Under the pieces are notes generated by a model that did not search any database, had not been told where the DNA came from, and was given only the letters and a program-made list of their open reading frames with translations. A program made the position numbers and the translations under genes. A DNA stretch of 63,049 bases, filler included, from Hyphochytrium catenoides (Eukaryota; Protista; Hyphochytriomycota), in NCBI GenBank assembly GCA_900088475.1. It is 3 parts of 3 records of this genome, joined end to end, with 100 filler letters (N's around TTAATTAATTAA, not from the genome) between each part and the next. Parts side by side here need not be neighbours in the genome. Positions count along the whole stretch, not along the records: positions 1 to 30,869 come from FLMG01003632.1; positions 30,970 to 61,296 come from FLMG01002451.1; 1 more part is not named here. One strand, written 5' to 3'. Shown piece by piece: positions 21,920-34,800 of the stretch (position 1 is the stretch's first letter; each line of letters opens with the position of its first letter).

Positions 21920-23628
21920 GATGCTAGAACTGTGACAACATATAAAATCTTTGAGGCCTGGGGACTGCGCAACGGACATTAGCTATTGACGGGTGACATT
22001 TATGGATCGGGAGAACTTCAGCTTAACTTTTGCAGGACAAGGGCAGTGGCAGAGATCCCGCTAACACCTATTTAATCACCGGTCTCAAAGGTATTGACTT
22101 AGGCAAACAAATCTGCACCCTATTGAACGCGTGTTGTTATGTGGTACGGAGAGTTTTCGTTGCTGATGATAGCGAGAACGACTATCTATGTGTGGCCGCA
22201 CTTCGGGTAGCTTGGCTCTGGGTCAACTGAACGTACTCTGTGCCTGTTACTGAGGAGCCGACCAACAGAAAGTTGTTTAGACCCATGGGTCCAGCAGTGT
22301 TATATTTGTCTTGCATAGGCTGCCTTGGATCATCTGAGAGCACACAAATGCCAACGTCATTAGGAGCTGTCAGCCGTCATCGTTGGTTCACCTTATCATC
22401 ATAGTATGAGAAGAGGCTACACGCACTGGTGTCGAGCGCCACTCTGGCCGCCTGGTAGTCTTCGGCGGGAAGAGGTGTCAGACAGCTTTACCCTCGTCAT
22501 GTTTGCTCAGACAGCCTTGTCCAATGGCCACGATAGAAAGCGTAATGGTGCAAGGTCGTTAACTCTTTTTTGACGTGACAGGACATAGATAGCCGACCTT
22601 GGATAGGGCTCGTTTTTGGTTAAAAGCTTTAAGTCGTGCGCCTGTCGTGCGCTATCTGTCCCTTCTTAGGTGCATACTTCATCACAGCTTTATTATCTCT
22701 TTGCGTCACATTCTTCTGCCTCTACGGATAGCAGTGGAGAGGTTTCCAAGAGACTGTGGCGTTCCCACCAAGGTCAAACAAATCAAGAAGCAACTTGACT
22801 GATCTTGTGCAGACTGTCACTTATCGACAACCTGATGTGTGCCACTGGTAGGTAGCTACTTCCTGTCTTTGGATTCGCTTGGTGTACTACAATACTAGTA
22901 GCGAAGTCTGGGAAACGACATTCCCCATCGCAGCTCAACTATTGAACTAGAGTAGTATGGAGGACTGACAGTAGTGGCAGTTGTTTGTCCAAAGTCAGTC
23001 AGTATTCAGGAGCCAGCAGATCTGCACTGCAGCTTCAAAGACCTCTGACAAGTAGGATTCTTCCTACGAGTTATATCCTTCAGAAGCTTCAATGCTCCGT
23101 TTGCTACCGCATACGATCCCACAGTTATCCTTCAGTGTATCTTCAGTGTGATGAGCCTCGAAGCCCTTCACTGATGGGACTGAACCTTTTTTGACTCCTC
23201 AACGTTGACATGGATGCAGAGAAATGACAAAATGACGGGATATCCAGCTAATTTGACACAACTGACCTTCACCAAAGTACATTATTATCACAGTAGAAGA
23301 GTAAGTTCACAATTGGAAAGCGCGGATTGATAATTGACATCTTTATTCACACATATTTGAGAAGGCAGACTCACAAGTTGAAGCTGCGCGATGCGATCCT
23401 TGAGATGGGAACCCTGGAGATCTCAGCCGACTGAAAGGCACAGCGTCTGAGCTTTGAATGAAGCTGTTTGAACCTTGACTCCGTCGCCGAGCCTTCTACA
23501 CAGGGTTGCAAGCTTCAGGCCTCATCGGCCTCTAGTCTCCACTTGCGTTGAGTCCTAATACTGCAGCGTGAGGCGGAGGCCAAGGGCATGCAGTCATTTA
23601 GAAACCCTCGACCACGCAACGTCCACAG

Positions 23629-25853
23629 ATGAGCAGGATGGACCTCCCCCATCAGGCGAGGCGCGTACAACTCAGGCCGGTGATCCTAATCTGTCTCAGC
23701 ATCTGCTGTTTGCCGGCATCTGCCCTCTCTGAGTATCAGTCAACGCTGCTACCTAAGCCCTATGAAGAGAGCTATGGGACCGACGTCGTCACTCTGGCGC
23801 CTGTAAACTTTAAGTTTGACGTGGTAGGAAAGTCATCCAAAGTTTTGGAAGAAGCTATTAAGCGGTATAGGGGTTGGACATTCTGGAAGACGGGCGGACA
23901 CATGGCAAGCTCAGAGCCCTCCTTGGAGTCTTTGAATTTTCTAGGCTCACTGATCTCCAGCCTGTCAATCAATGTGACATCGAGCTCAGAAGAGCTGAAT
24001 CGTGATACCGACTACGCCTACGAGTTAAGAGTTACATCCCAGGGCGCATACCTTGAGAGCCCAACCGCTTATGGCAGTCTTTATGGCCTGGAGACCTTTT
24101 CCCAGCTCATGGAATATATCGGAGAGAACGCAGGTGAGACAGAGCTCGGTGACTGAAAGGGGCGAGCAGGATAATTCTGATCCAGGCCTTGTAAAAACAC
24201 AGTTGCAGGGCACGGATATCGGATCAGCGGTATCCCTGTGACGATAAAGGACAAGCCGCGCTTCTCTTACCGCGGCCTACTGGTAGACACCTCAAGGCAC
24301 TACCTTCATCTGAGCACCATCATCAGGAATCTGGACGTAATGGCTTGGCACAAGTTGAATGTCATGCACTGGTAAGGGGTAGCTCACCAAGCTTCGGCCC
24401 ATTGCGCACTTATTATCCCTTTAATCTCTGGCAGCGTCTGCTTGTTTGTCCTGATATTCTCTTTCTAAGGCTCTCGAGGCCCCCTATCTCTTTGATTTGA
24501 TGCCTTTCTTCTGGTGCCAAGTGACGACAGTCCTCTGCTGCTCCTATCTTAAACCTTTCACTCAGTCCGCACCTGATCGGTCTTGCTGCTGTTGGACCGT
24601 CTCACCGGCGCGTCTTTGCTTGATAGGCACATCGTTGACGAGCAAGCCTTTCCTTACGTTTCCAAGACCTTCCCTCGTCTGTCTGGCAAAGGTGCATATA
24701 ATGCTCAGCACACGTACACCATGGACGATGTGCGCCTTGTGATAGAGGAAGCCAAGTTGCGGGGCATTCGTGTGGTGGCAGAGTTCGACACGCCGGTATA
24801 AGACTCGGTTGCTCTCTCTCGTCCCATCTTGTTCGGTTGTGGTGTCTCTCTCTTGCTCGACCTGCAAGAAAGCTTGGCCACTATTTCCTTGGTTTCTTGC
24901 ATCTAGCTGACTCGTATCCCCACCATAACGCAGGGTCACACTGAGAGCTGGGGCAGAGGTCACCCAGAAATTATGTCGCATTGTCCTGGCCCTTCCCAAC
25001 CTCTGGATCCCAGCAATGAGAAGACGTACGACTTCCTTGAAAAGCTATATGAAGAGCTTGCTGGCCTCTTTCCTGAGGAGTATATGCACCTCGGTGGGGA
25101 TGAAGTTTCTTTCGACTGCTGGAGCAAGGATCCAACTATCACCGAATGGATGAAGAAAGAGAATATCACAACGTATGCCAAGGCAGAAGAATATTTCGCC
25201 TCTCGCTTGCTCTCAATCGTTACGAAGCTGGGAAAGAAGGCAATTGTATGGCAAGAAATGTTCAACAATGGGCTGAAGCTTGCCGCGGACACTGTTATCG
25301 ACGTTTGGATGGGTGGATATGACAGCAAAACGATCACGGAAGCTACAAAGGCAGGTTATCACGTGGTCTTGTCTGGGTGCTGGTACCTGGACAACACTGG
25401 CGCTTCATGGCAGGACTATTATCGCTGCGAGGTAAGGTAGCCATAAGGTTGGACCGTGAAGGCGGTTAAGGACAGGCTAACAAGATGCTTCTGCTAACGT
25501 ATTTGCAGCCTCAAGCGTTCAATGGAACTCCTGAGGAGATGAGCAGAGTGATGGGAGGACACGCCTCTATGTGGGGTGAGAGAGTGGACCTCTCGAACTT
25601 CTTTGGGCGCATTTGGCCACGTACTTCAGCCATTGCTGAGCGGCTATGGAGCAAAAGAGAGGTGAGGGATGAAGGAGATGCTGGCCGGCGACTATCTGCA
25701 CAGCGCTGTCGCATCATACGCCGAGGCGTTCCCGCTGAGCCTTGGGAACCTGGGTATTGCGACGAGGAGCTCGAAGATGCCTGGGGATTGAGTAAAAGCG
25801 CAGTGACGGTACTTCCTGGAGGCGTCGAGGACGCACGCATGTCTATCGACTAG
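23629..25853 (+). CDS. Beta-hexosaminidase, glycoside hydrolase family 20, multi-exon
   Basis: Signal-peptide-like N-terminus, [57 protein letters not shown], catalytic [20 protein letters not shown] and [13 protein letters not shown]. Confidence 0.93.
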
Positions 25854-27064
25854 ATGTGTGTGCCGTTGCAAACGTGCCGCCCCTCCTGACAATCATTGCG
25901 CACTCACATTGATGAGTGCAGGATTGGCACATTGGGTGATGCCTGATTCATGCTAGAACTTTTGAATGGACAGGAGAAATGAGCCTCAGAACAAGGATGG
26001 GATACTAGGGAGAGGAAGAGACACAATGTACCACCTCCGAGCGCGATGCAATAGGCTAGCAAGTGTAAAGCGAAGGCGAAGGCCAAGTAATCATAACCTA
26101 AGAGGATAGGGAGAGCTGAGACAGGAAGGTCATGGATGATCATCATTATCTCCATAAAGATTGCCTCCTCCGTTAAGTGACAGCCCAGGCTGCTCCCTGA
26201 TGTCCAGATAGCGGGTCCGCAGCAACTTGTGGCTAACTATCCCGCGATGATCATACTCATCAGCAGCGGCCACAAGAGCCCACTTCATCATCTGGTGATG
26301 ATCACCGCTGTTATGCCACTACTGCTTGAAGGCATCGCGAGTGGCATTCCCAGATCTTCTGTCCCCATTGGACTGCCGATAGGTAAACTTTCAAATCATC
26401 TCTGGCTGGCCCCCAGATCATCTGACCGGCCACCTTTCTCTAATAACGAGAGAATCAAAGAGTCACAAAGCTCCATCTCTAGTGCAAGAAGGACGTGCCT
26501 CCGCCCGTGCCTCTTTATTCTTAATATCAATCATCGCCTCGCTTCGTCGCCACGCTTGGCTGCCGCTTGCCTCCCTCACTTCGCCTCTCCTCTTCTTGCT
26601 CCTGGCCCGGCATCCTGACCGTCCTGATCGTTCTGACCGTCCTCTGCCGAGCTGCGCGAGATGAAGTTGGGTCACCCAGACCCTAATAAAAAGAAATAAA
26701 ATAGGGTAAAGAAGATTAAAAGAAAAATAAAACAGTCATAAAGAAAGCCCTATGATTGGCGTTCAGTACTTTAAACTTTCAAGTTTTTGACCGGTCTTTC
26801 TAGGAGTTACATAGATCTTATAAAACCGGTCAAAAAAGCTGGGTGAGGGGAATGGAAAGGTTGGGTCTTCAACTTCAGAAAGAAGCCCCAGGCTGGAAGA
26901 GAAGCTTCGAAGCTCTGATGAAGCTTTTTCATTGCCCTTTTGGCGCCGCCCCGCCTGCCTCCATTAACATCTGCGTCCTAGGAGGAACTTCGAAAGTTGG
27001 CTCTGCTAGCTGCTGACAACTTTGTCGTCTCTTCGGTCCAGAGGGGAGCGATACGCCATACAAA

Positions 27065-28447
27065 ATGAAGCGCGTTATCAGATCTAAGGTGCAATCAAGG
27101 AGTTTCTTCAGAGGCTGGGAAATGCTGCTGGTTAGCTTCTTTCTTAGCTGTTTGTTGGCGGCGTTTGGAAGCGCTACCAATCCAGAGAAAGTGGTTGAAC
27201 TAACCGATGATACTTTTCCAGAGATGACAGCCACTGGCAACTGGTTTGTCAAGGTATGAGATCCTTTCCAAGTCCTGAGAAGAGGCCCACCCCTGAGCTT
27301 CATAGCACTAACATTGAAATCCCTCGTCTGCCTATGGATAGTTCTACGCCCCCTGGTGCGGCCATTGCCAAGCGTGAGTCCTCCAATACTGCTTACCCGT
27401 CCGATGCCCCTAGTGTTTACTGGTTCTCTCTCACTTTGATTGTCTCTCATGCACAACGGAGCTTGCAACTATATGCTCTCTCTGCTCTCATTCCTTTTTC
27501 CTTCATTCTCTCTGTGCGTGCCTCTCTCTGTTGCTCTCTCTCTCTCTTTCTTTCCTTCTCTCTCTCTCTTCCTTCCTCTCTTTCTGCCTCTAGCTCTCGT
27601 CTGCCTGTATCAGAATCTCTGTCCAGGAACTCATGCCTCTTAACCTCGCACTTGTTTCTGCACGCCGGGACTTACTCCTTTCGTAGCCTACGTCCAGAGT
27701 GGGAGCTCCTCAGCCAGCAAGAACTGCCAGCCGACACACACGTTGCGAAAGTGAACTGTGACCGGCAGTTCAAGACCTGTGGGGAGCATGCACCCTACGG
27801 CTTCCCCACCTTGAAGCTATTCATAGGAGGAACAAGAGGGGACAAGAGCGGAGCCAAGATGCTGGAATACGAGGGAGAGAGAACCATGCCGACCCTGCTG
27901 GCTTACCTTAGGGAACACCTAGGAAGTCCGTCACAGGCCTTGCTTACTCCTACACTCGCAAATGCCGATGTCGTGGACTTAGGTACAACGCCAGAGCTGA
28001 CGGAACAGAGCTTTCCGGATGCCATTATGGCCGGAAGAACGCTTGTTCTCTTCTACGCGCCCTGGTGCGGGCATTGCAAAGGTCAGACGTTTCTCTTTCG
28101 AATAGCCATTGCTCTTTGGTTCTCTGTCGCAAGACCTGTACCACTTTCCCCTTTCCACTGTCATGGTAAAGTCATCCTTCTACGACTGTTGAGTGACCAT
28201 TGTCTGACCTGTTCTAGCTTTAAAGCCTACATGGGAGAGTCTGCGACAGGAGCTGGCCCAAGAGAGCTTCCAATCAGGTCGCCTAGCGCAGGTGGACTGT
28301 ACGAAGAACCGTCCTCTGTGCAAGCAGCACGGCATCAGGGGCTACCCTACCATCAAGCTTTTTGATGAGGGAGAACTGGTGGACAATTACACTGACAGGC
28401 GAGAGGTGTCAGCTCTCAAAAGGTTTCTGATGAACAAACAGCGATGA
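27065..28447 (+). CDS. Protein disulfide-isomerase family protein with two thioredoxin domains; multi-exon, start at 27065 or 27122
   Basis: Signal peptide (LLVSFFLSCLLAAFGSA), VVELTDDTF..WFVK|FYAPWCGHCQ, AKVNCD..GFPTLKLF, a second FYAPWCGHCK, and AQVDCT..GIRGYPTIKLF. Confidence 0.9.
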
Positions 28448-29088
28448 ATAAGACGCTGCACAGCCACAGCCCGCTCTGACCCGAGCTAGTCTTTGCTATT
28501 AACACGACAGAATTTGGGCCCCGCTCTGCCTGTGCCCTTGTCCAAGGCTTGCCACGAGTAAGCTGCACTGCTAGTGTTCTACAAAGAGCTCAATAAGTGA
28601 CGGCACCTAGCTGTCTACTTCTGTCCAAGCTGCAAAAAACAATGATGAGGTACGTGGGCAGTGATGCTACGGATAAGGACATGCGGCCAACTGTCCACTG
28701 GTGACCTCACGCAAGACGGATAACGCTAAGTCTCTCTACAGTGCTATAAGGCAGCACATATATCTCTTAAGGACAATATACGCGGGCTGTGCCACTTGAA
28801 ACAGCAGCTAAACCTCCTAAGAACATCACCTCTTGCCATTCCTACATAAAGGAGGCTAGAGACAGGCTTCTGGATGCATATGCTATCTCAGATTAGGGCT
28901 AAGCCCGATGTAGATAATGAATCATACGATGCGAGATAGGACGATGACAGTGAAATGTAAGGAATAGACGCTCACAAGTGAACGAGGCGAGTGCCCTGCA
29001 TAAATAATGGCGACAGGGCACAACCGATGAACAAAATTTCGTGCCAAGCCCTCTAAGACCTTCCAAAACTAGTGCCCGAGGGCCACCG

Positions 29089-30480
29089 CTAACAGCAGTC
29101 TGCGCATCTCTGCCTCTTCTTGCCGTTGATCTCTTCTTCTGTCCTATGCTTGCAGGGTTCTTGATTGCATTTAGCACCATCGCTGCTCTCCTTGGTTGGC
29201 GTGGGCTCCCTTCCTTCTTCGAGTTTGCTCAGGTTATCGTTCCCCGTACTTATCCCCTTCTGCTTAGAGGTTCCGTTCTGACCTTTCAAGAGTTGAATGG
29301 AAGGGGATATCTCCCGCACCAGGTTATTCATCGTGCTTTTTAGCTGGGCGAGCACACGGCAGACCTAAAGGCAACACAACGGACAATAATGAGAAACGCA
29401 TCGGCAGCTATATAAAGGCCGTGGCACCGCACCTGCTTGCGCTGCATCTCTGTCTGCGGAGATCCGACTTCCACTGGACGCTTCCGCATATCGTGCAGGA
29501 CCTGGCACCTTTGCATTGCTTCCTCTGCCCCCATGCCATAGAGCATACCAAGAAGTATGCTAGTCACAGTTCCTGTCCGCCCATGCCCGCCCCTGTGTCG
29601 GGACCAATGAGAGATGAGAGACATGAAAGAGAGAGCACCTTGTGATGGGGAGAGGCTTACCAGCAATGCACATAGAGCACTTCACCCTGTCGCAGTCGGT
29701 TAGCAAGGTCTTGACAAAGGTCAAGAAGAGGGTTATCATCGGCCGTTGAGCAGTCCACGATAGGGAAATGAAGAAAGTCAAGCTCGGGAGATGGCCGACG
29801 AAGAGAGCAGCTCCCATGCCTCTTCTTTGGCGGTGGCTCTTCGCTTCGGAGTGTCTGAGAGATCTCTAGGGCATCCCAATAGTACGGTCTAAAGAAGCAA
29901 AGAGTTCTCTCTTAGTTCCCTCATTCTTCCCGCTGTGGTGGCTGTCATAGTCAACTTACCTCAGAGCTAAGCCTCTGCGCCAATCTTCTACCATCACTTT
30001 GGTATGGCTGTACTCTTCTTGGAGACAGACGAAGGTTGTTACGCCTTCCGCTAGCAATCCCCTGATGTTGGCAAGATGCTGCTGGTCGTTCAGGGATGAA
30101 GGATAGGCTCCCACAAGGAGATGACCAGGAATAACCCAGTTGGACTCATCGGTCGGGCCTTGATAGTAATCGTGACGCAGGGCAGAGTGGTGCTCAAAAT
30201 GATCGAGGAGGTTGCAGACTTTCAATGAATCTTTGATCTGTTCTGGGCCATTGCAGACAACCTTTAGAGACTCACGCTTGATCGTGACGGCGCTGAGAGA
30301 CTTATTGCCGCCCCTCAATGTGGACTTCAGAGCCAGGCAGTCCTTGCTTTCAAAGAGATACTTCATCGCTCTTGCACTAGGAAAGCCAATGCCTCCTTTC
30401 TTAAGTGCAAAGCTCACCCTTGCCGGTACTTTTTATCCAGGAGGAGATGGTATGCTCTTGGCTCGCTTTACCCTCGGATG
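29089..30480 (-). CDS. Cys-based (CX5R) protein/dual-specificity phosphatase, multi-exon; 5' end uncertain (candidate ATG at 30366)
   Basis: GPTDESNWVIPGHLLVGAYP, GVTTFVCLQEE, FLHFPIVDCS, spliced P-loop LYVHCW|GGHGRTG, and SPQTEMQRKQV. Confidence 0.85.
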
Positions 30481-30819
30481 CTTGCTAATCACTCTTCATC
30501 TTTCCTCGCAGAAACACGCGCTATCCGCTTGATCAAGTCCTCTCGGTGAAGCAAAAGTGATTTTGGAAAAGAGGAAAGAGAGAGAGAGGAGTGGGCGTGG
30601 GAGAGACAGGAGGAGCGCCGCTTCGAACGTTCAGAACTCTCTGGGAACTTGTGGCTCTGACTCTCTCTGTTGGCTCTGTTACCCAGCGGCTCTGACGCAG
30701 GAAGGTTTGAAGGTTTGGTCGCCTTCCTTGCTCGATAAGAGCAGCGGCCCAATGGGCCGAACAAGAGAACAAGGCGCACTAACAAAGCCAACAGAAGGCA
30801 AGAGGAGATGAACACAGGC

Positions 30820-30856
<37 letters not shown>

Positions 30857-30869
30857 AAATAGGGGGGAG

Positions 30870-30969
30870 NNNNNNNNNNNNNNNNNNNNNNNNNNNNNNN
30901 NNNNNNNNNNNNNTTAATTAATTAANNNNNNNNNNNNNNNNNNNNNNNNNNNNNNNNNNNNNNNNNNNN
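30870..30969. other. Assembly gap with artificial six-frame-stop spacer TTAATTAATTAA (30914-30925)
   Basis: Run of N with a central palindromic TTAATTAATTAA; the same construct occurs at 61297-61395. Confidence 0.95.
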
Positions 30970-31320
30970 GTTAGAAACCCCTTGATGAGGGAAATAGTAG
31001 GAGGAGAAAGATAGGTCATTCGCTCTAGATAATACCAGAGTACAGGGGCTAGTTAGAGAGTGACTGTCAGGAATGTTCGTCAGTTATGCTAGATAGAAGA
31101 AAAGAGGAATGAAGAGGAGCTTCTTCCTATAGCTCTAACATCATCGATAGTCAAGTTTTCGCTTCACATCACAGAAGAGCAAGCCTGTTAAAAAGGCTGC
31201 TCTTCTCTCTTCTTCCGCGCTTTTTCGCTCTTCGGTAGTACTTTATAGACTTCATTGTGTTCCCTTTGCTACCTCAATCTATAAACTAGTAGACGAGCGT
31301 CTGTGCTTTGTGGCATCTCC

Positions 31321-31615
31321 TCAGGTACAGAGCCTTAGTTCCGTGCTGCTAATCAATCCAGGGCAAAGGCCTAGGCTGACGGCTCGTTGATGCTCGCTTC
31401 ACTCTTTGCCCAAGTCAGGAAAGGGCGATCAAGATGATGGTGTTGTTATGCTGTTTTCTATCTCCTTCTTCAGGTACAGAGCCTTCGTTCCGTGTGTGTG
31501 TGCCGGCTAATCGATCCAGGCAAAGGCCTAGTCTTACTGCTCGTTGATGCTCGCTTCACTCTTTGCTCGAAGTTAGGAAAGAGCAATCAAGAGATGGTGT
31601 TGAAGAGCTGTTTCT
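31321..31615. repeat. Diverged tandem duplication of a ~150-bp unit
   Basis: TCAGGTACAGAGCCTT..CAAAGGCCTAG..GCTCGTTGATGCTCGCTTCACTCTTTGC..GATGGTGTTG occurs at ~31321 and again at ~31470. Confidence 0.85.
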
Positions 31616-31681
31616 TATTTCATTCTTCTCTTCTCCTGCTGAACATTAAAGTAAATTAGTCATCTTTGCAGAAGCGCTGAA

Positions 31682-31812
31682 AGAAGGTGAGCGAGCTTAG
31701 AGAGAACAGAGACGATTAAGGAGAGAGAGAAAAAAAAAGGAAGAGAAGAGAAGGTGAGCGAGCTTAGAGAGAACAGAGACGATTAAGGAGAGAGAGAAAA
31801 AAAAGGAAGAGA
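31682..31812. repeat. Near-perfect tandem duplication of a ~66-bp purine-rich unit
   Basis: AGAAGGTGAGCGAGCTTAGAGAGAACAGAGACGATTAAGGAGAGAGAG(A)nGGAAGAGA appears twice in tandem. Confidence 0.9.
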
Positions 31813-34800
31813 AGAAAACGAGGAGGAGAGAGAGAGAAAATAAGGAGAAGAAAGAGCGTCTGTATTTCTGTTCTCGCTCACCTCACCAGACTTTAGGGGT
31901 ACCGATAGATCTGGGAAAGTTGGTATCAGAGCGATGGTTTCTCCTCCCTGTCGCTCTCATTATCTCTCACATGTTACTTATACAAAGGACGTATCGTTAT
32001 CATCTTCTTTTCCTTAATAGTTGACAACGGGGGAAAGCGACGGTACGGTGGGAGGGAGAGTGAAGAAAAATGGAAGAAAAAGTGGAAAGGTGAGTTAGCA
32101 TCTCCACTTCCTGTGCTATGGCCTCCCTCTTCTAGTACATGAGGATGTGGCAGCAAGTTCTAATCTCTCTCAGAATACCGTTAGTGAAAGGGAAGAAAGG
32201 TGCTATATATGCCTATCTTGCTGGGCGCTCGACTATAATATTCTGAGTTACGAGGAGCTGGCACATTTATCTCTTGGAGCACGCCCTACTACGAGTAGCT
32301 GAAGAGGCGAAGAAGGAGGAGCCAGCAAAAAGGCATCGTAGCTCTGTCTCCTTCGCTTTCCCTTTTCCTCGATATAGTTACATCTTTCTTCTCCCCTTTC
32401 TTCATAGATTCCGTTTAACGGATGGCGGTCTGTTCAGTAGAGATGACTTGGCGATAAGTTTCGTTGTACAAGAAAGTCCTAATATGTCACCTCCACATAT
32501 TTTCAACTGCAAAGCTTTGTCGGGGATAGGGGAGCCGGCACATTGAAGCGACGACTTAGATAGCCCTGCTAATCTCTTCTTACATGTGATATGGTCGTTT
32601 GCTTTCCTCAATTATCTGTTTTTATTCTCAAAAGTTCTGCATTAGTATCTGTGGCTACCTCCTCCTCTCTAAGGTACAAACTTTCATTGTCTCCCGTCTA
32701 TCGACCTCCATGTTCCCGTATGTTCTCACTATGTCTATCCCTTCACCTCCTTCATCTTCCTCTCTTCCTCATCTCTCTCCTCCTGCTTGTCGGCCTCTTC
32801 TCCTCCATCATTCCTCAATTCTTTCACTCTGCCAGGGAGAGAAAAGAGAGTGACTGGCGAGGAAAAACAGCGGAGGCTGACGCATGAAGCATGTATGCGC
32901 TTTGTTTGGGTAACAACGGAGACACAGGGCCTTTGTCTTGTCTGTTGTCGTTGCTATCCCTCTCTTGTTTCGACTTCTTTCTCGGTCCCTGCAGCAAACG
33001 AATATCACCGCTCCGTCATTGCCTGTCACTGTCTTATAGGGGACAAGCAGCTAAAGATCCTCTTTTTGCTCAAGATATCATAAGGGGAAAAGGATTTCCT
33101 TCTACTGATTGATAAAAAAGAACAGAAACTGTTTGTCACCTCATAATCAGTGTTGTTCAAACTCTTCATTCGCTCCATTTCTCAAAGCCTTCTTCTACAG
33201 ATGGATAAGAGTCGTCCTCTTCTGAACTCCCCGAGGGGCATCCTTGGATTGTTTTCGTCGACAACGCTGCTAATAGGAGGAGGAGTTACTCTCCCAAGGA
33301 CAGATCTTGTACGATCTGCAGTCTCTCTTCTTCCACCTCTCCTTTATCTCTGCTGTCTCTCTCCGTATCCCCTCATCTTGCTCTCCTTCTCTTTCTGTCT
33401 CCAACCCTCTCTTCCGATAACAGCACAACAAATAAACGCCAAGCGGCTTCTTGACGCAGGAAAAGGGTAGGAAAGGAACCGCCTGAGTACAACTAGTCGT
33501 TTTACACTTCTATCCTTCACTTCTGTCACTCAAATGAAATGGCTATTCAGGGTGATTATTAGAGGTCTACTACTGCTACTTTTAGTGTGAGACAATGAAG
33601 AAAAGATAACGATGCACTTGAACCCCAACCTAATGCAAAGCTTCCGGAAGAGCAAGAGGAGAGAGAGGAGAAATGGGAAGGAAGAGAGACGGAGAGATGA
33701 GAGAGCCAGAGAGAGAAAGAGAGAGACAGAGAGAGCCCATCGTCACGTTCGCTCTCTGGCTGGGTTGTTCTGTCGCTTTTCGGTTCCTGCAGCGAAGGGA
33801 AATCGTCGCTGCGGCATTGCCTGCCATATTGATATAGGGGTTTAGGGGAAGGAGAAATTAAGACACCGAGGAACAGAGCAAGGAGCGTGAACATAGAGGT
33901 ATATATAATGGTACAAAAAGTGAGAGAGAGGCAGTACTATGTCTCTTCGGTGAGATTGTCGGAAGGGCAAGAGGTGCCTCATCCCCCAGAGAAAGGGGAG
34001 AAGAAGACAAAATCTTCTCTTGTTGAGGAGAAACCGAAACACCCTCCCGGACTTTGTCTTTGTTAGAAGAGAAGAGAATCGAAGAAATTCTGACTTCTCC
34101 CTTGTTAGGGTCTCGATCTGCCCTCCCTTGGCCCGGCAACTTCATCAACAGAAAAGTCATCTTTCCACCTCCCTCTTATCAGCTTACAGCAAATCTCGGG
34201 CGCTCCTTTTCTGCCAGAACTGGCTCTGATCCTCAAATCTTTTGTCCCTCACCTTACGACCTAATGAGATCTATCTGCTCTGATTATTCTCAAGCTCCCT
34301 TAACTTCTCAGCAGCCTCTGAGGCTAGAAAGTCGGTCACATGATGTGATGGCTCTGTCCCAAACACACGAAGCTACTGACGACGGAGCATCTTCTATCGT
34401 ACGGATCGATTAGTAGTCTACCTAAATCATGAAGGTGTCAGAGACAACGCTGGCCAATTGGTGGCACGGGAGGAGGAGCAGCTATTTCGGATCTATCGGT
34501 TGATAAGATACTGGTTGTTCGTTGATCTACCAACATACATATCTGTGCTCCTTACTACTGCGCTTCATCGCCGGTACAAATTTCGCAGCACCTGTTTGTC
34601 TTTAGAGTCTCCCTCGTCTACAGCTTATTCCATTCACTTGTACTGTTCTTATCCTCATGCAAAGCCGCATAGCTCCGTTCCGTCTATTTATTTGTTCCCC
34701 CTGACGAGAATAAAGTCAAGCATAAAGAAGCTCTCCTAGAGACGGCAGCAAACGAAGCTTGTGGCCTTGTGTTGTGGCCTTGTGTTCCAAGTGTCTTCCC

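Noticed and set aside
27256-28365. 369-aa ORF as a stand-alone protein
   Set aside because: It reads through introns of the PDI-family gene.
30914-30925. Palindromic TTAATTAATTAA inside an N run (also 61341-61352) as a biological site
   Set aside because: An identical motif centred in N runs with stops in all six frames is an artificial contig spacer.
31321-31812. Repeats as a CRISPR array or LTR pair
   Set aside because: Only two copies each, no unique spacers, no TG..CA ends or internal gag/pol, and the context is eukaryotic.
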